IMG/VR virus record: IMGVR_UViG_3300047174_000111
Location: 1 to 64,000 of that record
DNA from: a virus
Length of the DNA: 64,000 bases
Strand: one strand, 5' to 3'
The position numbers and the translations under genes are program-made. A model generated the notes under the pieces. That model ran no database searches, was not told the DNA's origin, and saw only the letters and a list, made by a program, of their open reading frames with translations. Positions 27,908 to 36,055 of this stretch are shown here, one piece after another; position 1 is the stretch's first letter; every line of letters begins with the position of its first letter.

Positions 27908-27958
27908 CCTTTTCAAAACCTGCTCATCTGCAGGCGACCCGGCCAAGCCGGGTTTCGG
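27908..27958 (-). ncRNA. Hammerhead HHR12 (U3-A8 covariant core UUGAAAA)
   Basis: CC-GAAA-CCCGGC/GCCGGG-TC-GCCTGC/GCAGGT-T-TTGAAAA-GG. Confidence 0.7.
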
Positions 27959-27959
27959 G

Positions 27960-28211
27960 TCAGTCGATTGGAACGAGCGGTCGCCCCGTCCGGGGCGCAC
28001 GGTCGTCCGCCTCGTCGAGGCGGGTGACAACCATTGTATTGTGTCGGCCCTGCTTGTCAACGGCCGTCATCACGGCAGGCTCGCCGGTCAGCAACATGTT
28101 GACGAAGCTGACCCAGCTGCGGGTCGTGTTGGCCGTCCGTCCCAGGCTGTGGGCCGTCATCTCGATCGGCCGCTGGCCCGGACAGGTAACCTTGAACTTT
28201 TGCGGGTTCAT
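27960..28211 (-). CDS. Small hypothetical protein (array gene)
   Basis: ATG after the GAGGAG of HHR13. Confidence 0.65.
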   Translation of the reverse strand: MNPQKFKVTCPGQRPIEMTAHSLGRTANTTRSWVSFVNMLLTGEPAVMTAVDKQGRHNTMVVTRLDEADDRAPRTGRPLVPID

Positions 28212-28220
28212 TGTAGTCTG

Positions 28221-28273
28221 CTCCTCAGGCACCGGGATTGGTGCGACCACCCGGGCAGACCCAGGCGGTTTCG
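28221..28273 (-). ncRNA. Hammerhead HHR13 (CUGAGGA)
   Basis: C-GAAA-CCGCCTGGG/CCCGGGTGG-TC-GCACC/GGTGC-CTGAGGA-G. Confidence 0.8.
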
Positions 28274-28738
28274 TCACGCCGCGATGCGTTCAAGGACGGG
28301 CAGCGGCATCAGGCTGGGCAGCTCGATTGACAGGGCCAGCGCGCAGTCGGCGCCGGCGTCGTTCAGGATCGAGAGCCGCCGACCGAAGTCAAACATCTCC
28401 CAGCGCGGCTCGGCTTGGTCCTCCAGCTCGGCGCGGTACGTGTCCTCGTCGAGGATGCATCGCGTCGCCTGTTCGCACAGCTCCAGGGCCATCTGCGCAG
28501 CCACGGCCATGCCGGGGAAGCAGATCAACGCCGCCTCGCAGTCGCGTGGGTCGAGGTCGATCAGCTTCGCGGCATGGCGTCCGAAGATGCTGCAGACCCG
28601 CAGCGTGATGGCTGCGGCCTGGGCCCGGTCGAGCGGGCACGATGTGTCGAACGTCGATACGGAGAGCCAGTCCTGTTGGCGGTCTGTCGCATAGACGCGC
28701 CAGGGGAAATCCCTGACGTGTCCCATGGCGCATTGCAT
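28274..28738 (-). CDS. Hypothetical protein (array gene)
   Basis: Bounded by HHR14 and HHR13. Confidence 0.7.
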   Translation of the reverse strand: MQCAMGHVRDFPWRVYATDRQQDWLSVSTFDTSCPLDRAQAAAITLRVCSIFGRHAAKLIDLDPRDCEAALICFPGMAVAAQMALELCEQATRCILDEDTYRAELEDQAEPRWEMFDFGRRLSILNDAGADCALALSIELPSLMPLPVLERIAA

Positions 28739-28747
28739 GGATATCTC

Positions 28748-28793
28748 CTCTTCAGATCCGCATCAGTGCGGATGACCCGCTAGGCGGGTTTCG
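28748..28793 (-). ncRNA. Hammerhead HHR14 (CUGAAGA)
   Basis: C-GAAA-CCCGC/GCGGG-TC-ATCCGCA/TGCGGAT-CTGAAGA-G. Confidence 0.8.
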
Positions 28794-29342
28794 TCAGAAG
28801 CTCTCGTGCAGGATCATGTACGTCAGGTCGGCCAGGTCGTCTTGGCAGGTGCCGGTGATGGGAAGATCGTCGTCGAGTGCCAGCGCGGGATCCGCGTCGA
28901 CGTGCTCGGCCAGCGCGACCCGTTCGCCGAATGGCAACGAGCGCCACTTGCGGCGCGCGAAGGTCCTCGCGGCGCGGTCCTGTTCCGGACCGGCGATGCA
29001 TTCACCGCCGCCGCAATTGCAGGATTCGAACGTCTCGTTCATGGCCTCGATCAGCGCGCGGAACTGCCATTGCAGCCCGGGCCGGACGACGAGAACCCGG
29101 GTGCCGGCCGCGTCGCGGACGATCATGTAGCCGTCCGGGTTCGGCTCAGCCTCCCGCATACAGACGATCCAGGCACCGATGCCGCGGGTGTCCTGTCCAT
29201 CGCTAAACAGGTGAAGCACGATGATCCAGTCGGGCGGCGGCTTCGGCGTGAGATAGTCGCCGTTCCCGATCGGGCGAGGCAGCGGCAGCATGCCGTCGAT
29301 CTCGTCGTCAGGGACGGCTTCGTCGCATGTCAGATACGACAT
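28794..29342 (-). CDS. Hypothetical protein (array gene)
   Basis: Bounded by HHR15 and HHR14. Confidence 0.7.
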   Translation of the reverse strand: MSYLTCDEAVPDDEIDGMLPLPRPIGNGDYLTPKPPPDWIIVLHLFSDGQDTRGIGAWIVCMREAEPNPDGYMIVRDAAGTRVLVVRPGLQWQFRALIEAMNETFESCNCGGGECIAGPEQDRAARTFARRKWRSLPFGERVALAEHVDADPALALDDDLPITGTCQDDLADLTYMILHESF

Positions 29343-29348
29343 GGGGTG

Positions 29349-29398
29349 TCTCCTCGGGCAGCGTGATTGCTGCGACCCGCTCCTCAGGCGGGTTTCGA
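29349..29398 (-). ncRNA. Hammerhead-like HHR15 (core CCGAGGA)
   Basis: TC-GAAA-CCCGC/GCGGG-TC-GCAGC/GCTGC-CCGAGGA-GA. Confidence 0.65.
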
Positions 29399-29403
29399 TT
29401 GGG

Positions 29404-29535
29404 TCAGATGATGGACAGCACAGCCAGCAGGGTCAGCACGCCGCAGAACTCGCTGACGGCGGGGATGAGCATGATGGCGAGGCAGATGCCGGCTGCGGAC
29501 ACGACCAGCGCGGCCGCAGCGGCGATCCAGCGCAT
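29404..29535 (-). CDS. 43-aa hydrophobic membrane peptide (array gene)
   Basis: MRWIAAAAALVVSAAGICLAIMLIP...; ATG overlaps the upstream stop. Confidence 0.55.
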   Translation of the reverse strand: MRWIAAAAALVVSAAGICLAIMLIPAVSEFCGVLTLLAVLSII

Positions 29536-29726
29536 CAGCGCGTCTGGGCCGAGCCGTCCAGGGTCTTCAGCTTGACTCTCCCCTTGCGGGCCTCGATCTC
29601 GGCCAGCTCGGGCGACATCTCGATCGGGATGCCACCGTCGTAATACCAGCAGCGCGCGTGACCGGCCGTGAAGCGACGCATCACGGTGATGATCGGGGCG
29701 CGCTGCGGGCGCGGGCGGGCTTTCAT
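29535..29726 (-). CDS. Small basic protein (array gene)
   Basis: ATG after the GAGGAG of HHR16. Confidence 0.6.
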   Translation of the reverse strand: MKARPRPQRAPIITVMRRFTAGHARCWYYDGGIPIEMSPELAEIEARKGRVKLKTLDGSAQTR

Positions 29727-29732
29727 CTCAGT

Positions 29733-29799
29733 TCTCCTCTTCTGGCCGGCGGAATGGCCGGCGACCCGATCGGCGCGCGGCCGGGCGGGTTTCGGAAGA
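29733..29799 (-). ncRNA. Hammerhead-like HHR16 (core CAGAAGA)
   Basis: TCTTCC-GAAA-CCCG..CGGG-TC-GCCGGC/GCCGGC-CAGAAGA-GGAGA. Confidence 0.6.
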
Positions 29800-29821
29800 T
29801 CAGGATTCTGTCGTCGTGATT

Positions 29822-30103
29822 CTACAACAACGGCGAAACCCGGAAGCATCTCACCAGTCTTGTGTAATTCATCGGTGCTGGATTACCGTCGAGCGTGAAC
29901 CAGCACAGTCGGTATTCGTGAACCACGATTGGTGGCCAATGCTCGTTCGGCAGGCTGAGGGTTTTCCGAAAGCCCGGCGACAACTTAAAGACCAGCCAAA
30001 TAAACGGTTCGTTCTTACCTTGCATAAAGGCCACAAGGTAAATTCCAGCGCGATGCAATGGATTTTCGCGTTCAGCTTGCGTCCATTCGGCTTCGCTCAT
30101 CAT
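29822..30103 (-). CDS. Hypothetical protein, start uncertain (array gene)
   Basis: ORF between HHR17 and HHR16; the RBS-linked ATG at 30129 is out of frame. Confidence 0.4.
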   Translation of the reverse strand: MMSEAEWTQAERENPLHRAGIYLVAFMQGKNEPFIWLVFKLSPGFRKTLSLPNEHWPPIVVHEYRLCWFTLDGNPAPMNYTRLVRCFRVSPLL

Positions 30104-30137
30104 CGACAGGATGTCTCTTCGTTACACATATGGTGTT

Positions 30138-30187
30138 TCTCCTCATGCGGCGCAATGCCGCGACCCTGCCCGTAGGCAGGGTTTCGA
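30138..30187 (-). ncRNA. Hammerhead-like HHR17 (core AUGAGGA)
   Basis: TC-GAAA-CCCTGCC/GGCAGGG-TC-GCGGC/GCCGC-ATGAGGA-GA. Confidence 0.65.
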
Positions 30188-30424
30188 TCAGTCGAGATCT
30201 ATTGGCCGTCCTTTGAATGTCCGGTTGGCGCATTCCATCGCGGCCATAATGGGATCGGCCTCACGGCCGTCCTGCTCACTGCCGTCTGGGCATTTCAGTG
30301 TCCAGCGGCCATCGGGATAGACCTTCTCGACGAAGCCATAGCGCTTGCGAGCCGCCACGGTCTGGCCGACGGCCCAGCCGGCGTCTTTCAACGCCCTCTG
30401 GGTGCCCGGCTTGAACTCGCTCAT
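30188..30424 (-). CDS. Small hypothetical protein (array gene)
   Basis: ATGA overlap with the upstream gene. Confidence 0.6.
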   Translation of the reverse strand: MSEFKPGTQRALKDAGWAVGQTVAARKRYGFVEKVYPDGRWTLKCPDGSEQDGREADPIMAAMECANRTFKGRPIDLD

Positions 30425-30732
30425 GCCTCGGCGTCCATCTCCTCGTCGATCTCGTCCTGGTCCTGCTTGGCGCATTCGACCCACGACCAGGTCTGCACGA
30501 AGAACCCGTCTTCGCCTTCGCTGACAGCGGCGCCGGCATCATCGATCTCCAGCTCTTCGCTGGTCTCGACCATGGCGATTTGCCAGGGCTTGGCGAGCGA
30601 TGCGCGCCATTTCTCGATAATGGCGGCGGCCTGCTCGGCATAGGGGCTGGCGGCGTCGTTGGCGATTTGAGCGAGAAGGTTCACCGCGTCGGCGGCGGGT
30701 GCGAACGTGATGTCGAATGGTTCGATTGGCAT
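30421..30732 (-). CDS. Acidic hypothetical protein (array gene)
   Basis: ELEIDD..AVSEGEDGFFVQTWSWV; RBS from HHR18. Confidence 0.7.
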   Translation of the reverse strand: MPIEPFDITFAPAADAVNLLAQIANDAASPYAEQAAAIIEKWRASLAKPWQIAMVETSEELEIDDAGAAVSEGEDGFFVQTWSWVECAKQDQDEIDEEMDAEA

Positions 30733-30740
30733 TTGGTGTT

Positions 30741-30788
30741 CTCCTCATGCAGCGGGATGCTGCGACCCTGCGCGGAGGCAGGGTTTCG
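30741..30788 (-). ncRNA. Hammerhead-like HHR18 (core AUGAGGA)
   Basis: C-GAAA-CCCTGC/GCAGGG-TC-GCAGC/GCTGC-ATGAGGA-G. Confidence 0.65.
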
Positions 30789-31283
30789 TCAAGGTTGCCA
30801 CTTGCGATCGGCCGTATCCAGCGGCCCCCAGGTCGGCTCGTTGGTCTGGTATGCTAGCGTTTCATAAACGCTTGCGAACAGCCGTCGGAAGTTATCGCTC
30901 CCGCCTCTTGCGAACTCCTGGAGGGAGTGGCGCCGTCCCGCCATACGCAGGACCACGTGGTCGTCTTCAAAATCAATCTGAACGACCGTCAAGCTGGAAC
31001 GCACCCACTGATGGCGGCCGGCGCCGTCAGTAGTGTATCCGCAGCAGGCTTTCGCCTCAGCCGGAAGGACAGCGGCAACCGCGCGCCGGACGCCAGCAGT
31101 GGCGACAAGCACCTTTCCTGGCCACCACCATGGGATCAGGTCGATCCCCTCTGGGGCAAGGCTCATGTCGAACGGCACGTGGCCGATCGACGTCCCATAG
31201 TAACCCTCATGGGCTTCCGCCCACTCGGCCACTTCGTCGCGGGCGGCGGCGATATTGCTGGCCTTGGCAACATAAAGCATCAA
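30789..31283 (-). CDS. Hypothetical protein (array gene)
   Basis: Bounded by HHR19 and HHR18. Confidence 0.65.
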   Translation of the reverse strand: MMLYVAKASNIAAARDEVAEWAEAHEGYYGTSIGHVPFDMSLAPEGIDLIPWWWPGKVLVATAGVRRAVAAVLPAEAKACCGYTTDGAGRHQWVRSSLTVVQIDFEDDHVVLRMAGRRHSLQEFARGGSDNFRRLFASVYETLAYQTNEPTWGPLDTADRKWQP

Positions 31284-31288
31284 TTTTT

Positions 31289-31342
31289 CTCCTCATGCAG
31301 CGAAATGCTGCGACCCGCAGCCCCGAAAGGCTGCAGGTTTCG
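31289..31342 (-). ncRNA. Hammerhead-like HHR19 (core AUGAGGA)
   Basis: C-GAAA-CCTGCAGCC/GGCTGCGGG-TC-GCAGC/GCTGC-ATGAGGA-G. Confidence 0.65.
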
Positions 31343-31353
31343 TCACGTTCGAC

Positions 31354-32553
31354 TCAGATCTGGTTGCGGGTCGCGCGCGACATGAGCTTCGTCGCGACCT
31401 TTTCGATCTCCAGTCGGCGATCGGTGTTGGGCACGGTTCGAGCGACTGCAGTGATCCCGTTCACCATGTCCCAGATGCTCTCCGGTTCACGGCCTTCTTC
31501 GCGTTCGTGGGTTTCGAAGATGGTGTCGACCATCTTCATCGAGAAATCGAGCCCGACGAGCAGCTTCTTGCGCTCGTCCTTGTCAGCGCCGGCCTTGGTC
31601 TCCTTGCAGACCTTGATCCCTGCGAGCAGGGCGGTCGGCTCGGAGCGGGCGTAGCGCTCCAGGGCGGGCTGGGCCTCGCGTTCGAAACGCAGCGAACCGT
31701 GCTTCGAATGGACGATGCTCAGCTTCTCGAAGTTCTCCACGCCCCACATCGTTCTGTTTTGGCAAACGCCGCGCAGAACGAAGGTGGCAATGCCCAAAGC
31801 ACGAGTCCCCACTTCGGAGTTGAAGGCATAGAACCCACGGAACACGAGATCGGGATCGCCATTGGCGAGCTTGCCGATCTCGAGTGGCCGCGTGTCGTCG
31901 ACCAGGAACATGAAGACGTCCCGGTCGGACGCGTAAAGCGTCGTGGACTGCTTGGTGACATCGACGTAGGGGTTGTAGGTCATCGCCCTCCAGTCGATGC
32001 ATCCGGGGATCTTCCAGTGGGTATCGCCCGTCCCGTTCCCGGCGATGCGCTGGACGGCCGCGACCAGTTCCGCATCATAGATGCGGCCATAATCGGGGCC
32101 GGTGACAGCACGCAGCGAGAATTCCTCGCTTTCGCCGAACATCTTCATCGGCATCTCGGTCCCGCGTCTGACGAGACCGTGCTGCAGATTGATCGCGGCG
32201 AGCGGAGCCGGCAGGTCGCGCAGATAGGATGCCGGAGCCTTGACCAGCGAACACATCTGGCCGAACGAGTGGTGGGTCGGCGTCAGCGTGCGGCCTTCCG
32301 GCGTGATCACCCGCAGCATGTCGGGATCGTCGCGTCGTGCGTCGATCTTGAGGTCCGACATCGACACGAGTTCCTCGAACGAGGTATCGCGACGCTTGCC
32401 CACGGCCTCGGCCAGGGCGTTCAGCGATGTGTATCGCTGATCGTCCGGGCGCGAGAACCATTGCTTGGACAGGTCGCCACGAGCCTCGCCGCGGCTCACG
32501 TCGATGCTGCGGGTGCCCACCGTGCCGGGCGCGGCTGGCGTGATCATGTTCAT
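31354..32553 (-). CDS. DUF932-like protein (array gene)
   Basis: IDVSRGE...WFSRPDDQRY, LRAVTGPDYGRIYD, LYASDRDVF, NSEVG...VCQNR. Confidence 0.75.
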   Translation of the reverse strand: MNMITPAAPGTVGTRSIDVSRGEARGDLSKQWFSRPDDQRYTSLNALAEAVGKRRDTSFEELVSMSDLKIDARRDDPDMLRVITPEGRTLTPTHHSFGQMCSLVKAPASYLRDLPAPLAAINLQHGLVRRGTEMPMKMFGESEEFSLRAVTGPDYGRIYDAELVAAVQRIAGNGTGDTHWKIPGCIDWRAMTYNPYVDVTKQSTTLYASDRDVFMFLVDDTRPLEIGKLANGDPDLVFRGFYAFNSEVGTRALGIATFVLRGVCQNRTMWGVENFEKLSIVHSKHGSLRFEREAQPALERYARSEPTALLAGIKVCKETKAGADKDERKKLLVGLDFSMKMVDTIFETHEREEGREPESIWDMVNGITAVARTVPNTDRRLEIEKVATKLMSRATRNQI

Positions 32554-32563
32554 GGGAACATCT

Positions 32564-32624
32564 CTCTCTTCAAGCCGGCAAAATCGCCGGCGACCCGCAT
32601 CCTCCTCTGTATGCGGGTTTCGAA
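32564..32624 (-). ncRNA. Hammerhead HHR20 (core UUGAAGA)
   Basis: TTC-GAAA-CCCGCAT/ATGCGGG-TC-GCCGGC/GCCGGC-TTGAAGA-GAG. Confidence 0.7.
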
Positions 32625-32653
32625 CCGGAGTCACATAAAAATGTGACTCCGGT
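32624..32653. promoter_or_regulatory. 13-bp inverted repeat containing CACAT-N4-ATGTG
   Basis: ACCGGAGTCACAT-AAAA-ATGTGACTCCGGT. Confidence 0.6.
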
Positions 32654-32664
32654 GTGTTTCTGGG

Positions 32665-33120
32665 TCAGGCCGCGAGCTGCTCGCGCGGCTGCGGCATGAT
32701 CTTGCGTGCTTTCATGACGCGGAACGTGACCGGGAAGCTGATCTCGACCCGGTCCGGGTTCAGGACAAGGGCCGGATCGATCTCCCCGGCCGCGACAGGC
32801 GGCACACCGGGCTGGGTCGAGAGCGCGATGTGCAGCAGCACACCATCGGGCCGGTGCGTGCGGTGGCCGATCTTGACCACCAACGCCTCGTGCAGCCTCA
32901 GATTGTTCTGGTGCAGCCCGACCACGTCGCAGGTCAGCATTTCGGCCTGATCCTGCCCCGCTTCCCGCCCAGGATAAACGGCCTCGTCCTCGGCACAGTC
33001 GTAGACCCACAGAATCTGCCTGCAGTAGACAAATCCGAGTGTCGGCCGATAAATCCGGAGAAGGTTTCCCCGGATGTGGTCGTTTATCTCGGCCGCGATC
33101 ATGTATTTGTTTGAACTCAT
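32665..33120 (-). CDS. First gene of the array; possible degenerate 2H-phosphoesterase-fold protein
   Basis: EALVVKIG...RPDG..LHIALS resembles, from recall, a 2H family with EALVV.I.G...RPDG..YHITWS. Confidence 0.45.
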   Translation of the reverse strand: MSSNKYMIAAEINDHIRGNLLRIYRPTLGFVYCRQILWVYDCAEDEAVYPGREAGQDQAEMLTCDVVGLHQNNLRLHEALVVKIGHRTHRPDGVLLHIALSTQPGVPPVAAGEIDPALVLNPDRVEISFPVTFRVMKARKIMPQPREQLAA

Positions 33121-33446
33121 GAACCTCTCCATTTTCTAGGATTAGGGCATAATGCCCCTTTAACTATATAGTTACTTGAGTGGCACAATTCAATACGTCA
33201 AAGCGCATTCGTATGGCGTCGATGGGTTGTAATCGACTCACCTAGGCCTTTTCGATGTTGCGTGGATTGTGGTGTTCAGGCTCAGATGGGTGGCCCGGAG
33301 GGAGTAGGATCCCTCCGGGCCGTCTGCGGCGTTTCCGGGGCCGGCGCCGCAGTATGCACCGAGCCGAATGGGCCCAAGATAGCGGAGAACCGTGTCTTGG
33401 CACAACATCATTATGTCGTGAGTGGGGTAAAAACCCCAACAGAACC

Positions 33447-34502
33447 GTGAGCGGCAAGGAGTCGGCGCCAAGTCTCGCGTCTCTGCCCTGGATGAAGTGG
33501 CGCTGGGACTTTGCGTCTGGGCCCGTGTTTCGCGGTCTGAGCCGAGCCGCCAAGGGGCTGTACATCGATTTGATCGGCCTGATGCGCACCGGGGACTCCT
33601 ATGGAAGGCTGATCTTCAACGGACGGCCGCCTTCGGCCGTCTGGCTGCAGCGCAACCTGGGTGATCCTGCCGAGACACTGCGCGCGCTGACCAAGGAGCT
33701 GATCGACGCCGGGATGCTCGCCCGCGAGACAGACACGAACATCCTCTACTCGCCGCAGATGGTGAACGAAGAGGCCGCGTACACGAAGGGCCGAGCCGAC
33801 GGCGCCTTGGGGGGAAACCCGGCATTGAAAAACCCCCCGAAGCGGCGCCAAAGATCACGAAAAGTGGCACGAAAGGCGCCAGCCAGTGGCCAGGCCCAGG
33901 CACCTCTTATGGCCGAAAAACCCATAACAAATCAATTGGTTGAGGGGGGGTTAACCACTGGGTTAACCCTAGATCTAGATCTAGATAGAGATTCAGAGAA
34001 GAAGGGATCTCCTTCGGAGATCCTTGTCCGTCAGGCGTCGCAAGACGACGCCCGCCGGACGTGTGAGGATCCGCGTTTCGATGCTGACCCCGGGACGGAC
34101 GTGACGACGGCTGCGAACGTCGTGGCGCTTCCTTCCCGTGCCTCGGAGCAGATCGACCGGGCCGTGGCGATGTGGAACGACCTGGCCGAACGAATCGACC
34201 TGCGAAAGTGCCGCATCGTCAGCGCGCCACGCCGAAGGCAGCTTCTGCTGCGCCTCAAGGAGGCCGGCGGTATCAACGGGTGGGCCCACGCTCTTCAACA
34301 GGTCGAGGCGAGCGAGTTCCTCCGCGGCGGCGGCTCAAGTGGATGGCGCGCCGACTTCGACTTCATGCTCCAGGCCAAATCCTTCGCCAAAGTCATGGAG
34401 GGGTCCTATGCGCGAATGCATAGCGACCAGAAAGAAAGCAAATACCATTTCCTCACGGAAATGCTGGCCGATGAAGTCGAATATCAAGGAAAACATGGAT
34501 GA
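33447..34502 (+). CDS. Phage replication initiator (replisome organizer)
   Basis: N-terminal LSRAAKGLYIDLI; C-terminal SEFLRG...WRADFDFML; start uncertain. Confidence 0.75.
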   Translation: MSGKESAPSLASLPWMKWRWDFASGPVFRGLSRAAKGLYIDLIGLMRTGDSYGRLIFNGRPPSAVWLQRNLGDPAETLRALTKELIDAGMLARETDTNILYSPQMVNEEAAYTKGRADGALGGNPALKNPPKRRQRSRKVARKAPASGQAQAPLMAEKPITNQLVEGGLTTGLTLDLDLDRDSEKKGSPSEILVRQASQDDARRTCEDPRFDADPGTDVTTAANVVALPSRASEQIDRAVAMWNDLAERIDLRKCRIVSAPRRRQLLLRLKEAGGINGWAHALQQVEASEFLRGGGSSGWRADFDFMLQAKSFAKVMEGSYARMHSDQKESKYHFLTEMLADEVEYQGKHG

Positions 34503-35299
34503 ATGATTTGTCGAATGTAGGCCGTGGTACGCTGCCCGCTCCTCTGTCACCGAATATGTCCGAAAAACTTAATCGGATACTGGCGACATATTATAACGAG
34601 GCTGCAGTTGTTTTTGTGGTGGAGGAGACTGTTCGCGCCGAGGCGCGCGGCCTGATCGCGCTCTACGACAGCGCGCTCAACGAGCCCGCCACGCTCGACG
34701 TCGTGCGTCGCTGGTTGGCGCGGATCACCGCTGCCGTGAAGTTCATGCCCGACAAGGAGGGCATGACACACCGCGCCCTGGCGATCGCCCAGGTCTGTGA
34801 GGGCCGTGTCCCGCTCTGCGCGTTCAACACCGAAACGCAGACCGCGGCCATGGCGAGGTTCAAGGACTTCCCCTCGGCGGCCGAGGTGCTGGAGCTGCTT
34901 TCGGACGCCACTGCCGTCCTGCGCCTGCGCCGGCGCGCGCTGGAGGGTGTGTCGCAGGGCAAGAGCTGCATGTTTCAGCCCGCAGCCGTGCCGGAGCCGC
35001 CAGCGATGACGCCGGAGCAGCGGGCCGCTGCCAGCGAGCTGATGCGCGCGCTCTTTGGGAACATGGGCGTCGGCCTCGAGATCTCGCCGGGCGGATCGGC
35101 TTCGCCATCTCCCCGCGTCGATCCGGGCCGGCAACGCAACCCGCCGATCGGCGCCGAGCTGCGCCCCGAGCATCTCATCACCGTCTGGGCCGCGCATGAG
35201 CACAGCCCGAATCCCGAGATCCGTGCCGTGGCGAAAGTCAGGCTGGCGGCTCTGCGCGCCAAGCTCCCGGCGGGAAGTGGTGCGGGGGATGACACGTAA
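34499..35299 (+). CDS. Putative helicase loader / replication partner
   Basis: Overlaps the initiator; FPSAAEV motif. Confidence 0.5.
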   Translation: MNDLSNVGRGTLPAPLSPNMSEKLNRILATYYNEAAVVFVVEETVRAEARGLIALYDSALNEPATLDVVRRWLARITAAVKFMPDKEGMTHRALAIAQVCEGRVPLCAFNTETQTAAMARFKDFPSAAEVLELLSDATAVLRLRRRALEGVSQGKSCMFQPAAVPEPPAMTPEQRAAASELMRALFGNMGVGLEISPGGSASPSPRVDPGRQRNPPIGAELRPEHLITVWAAHEHSPNPEIRAVAKVRLAALRAKLPAGSGAGDDT

Positions 35300-35534
35300 C
35301 CGCATCCAGCGGAGCAGGGGCGGTGTGGATGGCGCCTGCAACGGCAAGCACCGGTTCGACCGAGCCGCGGACGCTCTGGCCGTCGTGCGGCGCGGTCGCG
35401 CGTCACACAGGCGCTACATCTGCTACCTCTGTCAGCACTGCGGTGGCTATCACCTCAGCCAGCCCGGCGGTCGCCTAAAGCGTCTGGAGGCGTCCCGCCA
35501 CAAGCCCGACTGGCTGGCTCAGCTGGAGGATTGA
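35289..35534 (+). CDS. Small zinc-finger protein
   Basis: CNGKHRF...Y.CQHCGGYHLS. Confidence 0.6.
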   Translation: MTRNRIQRSRGGVDGACNGKHRFDRAADALAVVRRGRASHRRYICYLCQHCGGYHLSQPGGRLKRLEASRHKPDWLAQLED

Positions 35535-36043
35535 AACGCAGCCGGCGCCCGTGGCGCGGCGATGCCGGGTCCCCACGGCCGGAAGCGCAACCGGATGCCG
35601 CGGGCCTCGAGCAGGTCGGCATATTCCTCCTGGCTCGAGAAGACGTGGTGATGGTGCTGGAGGTGGCGCACCGCCGCGCCAAAGCGCAGCTGCTGCGGCG
35701 ACTGCCGCCCGGCCCTGCGCCGCTTCTGGCCCAGCAGGAGTGGCGCGCCGATCTCGGCCGGCCGCTTCAGCTCGATCAGGTCGGTGCACGGCCCCGCGGT
35801 GAGCAGGATCAGGTCGACCGCACCGGGCAGAACGCCCAGGCCGTAGGGACGAAGCCGGTCGGCTTCGGGGAGCTGTTCGCGATCCTCGGCCGAGATGCCG
35901 ACCAAACGGGCCGCCGTGACGCGATCGCGCTTTTCGCCGTTCGGGACGGCGAACAGGATCGCGCTGGCCGCATCGATCACCGCCACTGCATGGAAGTCAA
36001 CGATGCTCGATTGGAGCTGGTCCTCGATCCGGGATCGGGGCAT
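35519..36043 (-). CDS. VRR-NUC-like nuclease
   Basis: E..LQ, FAVPNG, GV.PG.VDL, IELK, QSPQQ. Confidence 0.75.
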   Translation of the reverse strand: MPRSRIEDQLQSSIVDFHAVAVIDAASAILFAVPNGEKRDRVTAARLVGISAEDREQLPEADRLRPYGLGVLPGAVDLILLTAGPCTDLIELKRPAEIGAPLLLGQKRRRAGRQSPQQLRFGAAVRHLQHHHHVFSSQEEYADLLEARGIRLRFRPWGPGIAAPRAPAAFQSSS

Positions 36044-36055
36044 CAGGGCGATGCG

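Noticed and set aside
29380-29388. Extra CUGAGGA inside loop III of HHR15 as a second nested ribozyme
   Set aside because: There is no correctly placed stem I or partner GAAA for it, so it is probably incidental.
22498-32624. Reading the repeats as a CRISPR array, integron attC sites or intrinsic terminators
   Set aside because: The intervening sequences are whole genes, repeat sequence varies while pairing is kept, there are no attC R-boxes or integrase, and no U-tracts follow the hairpins on the coding strand.
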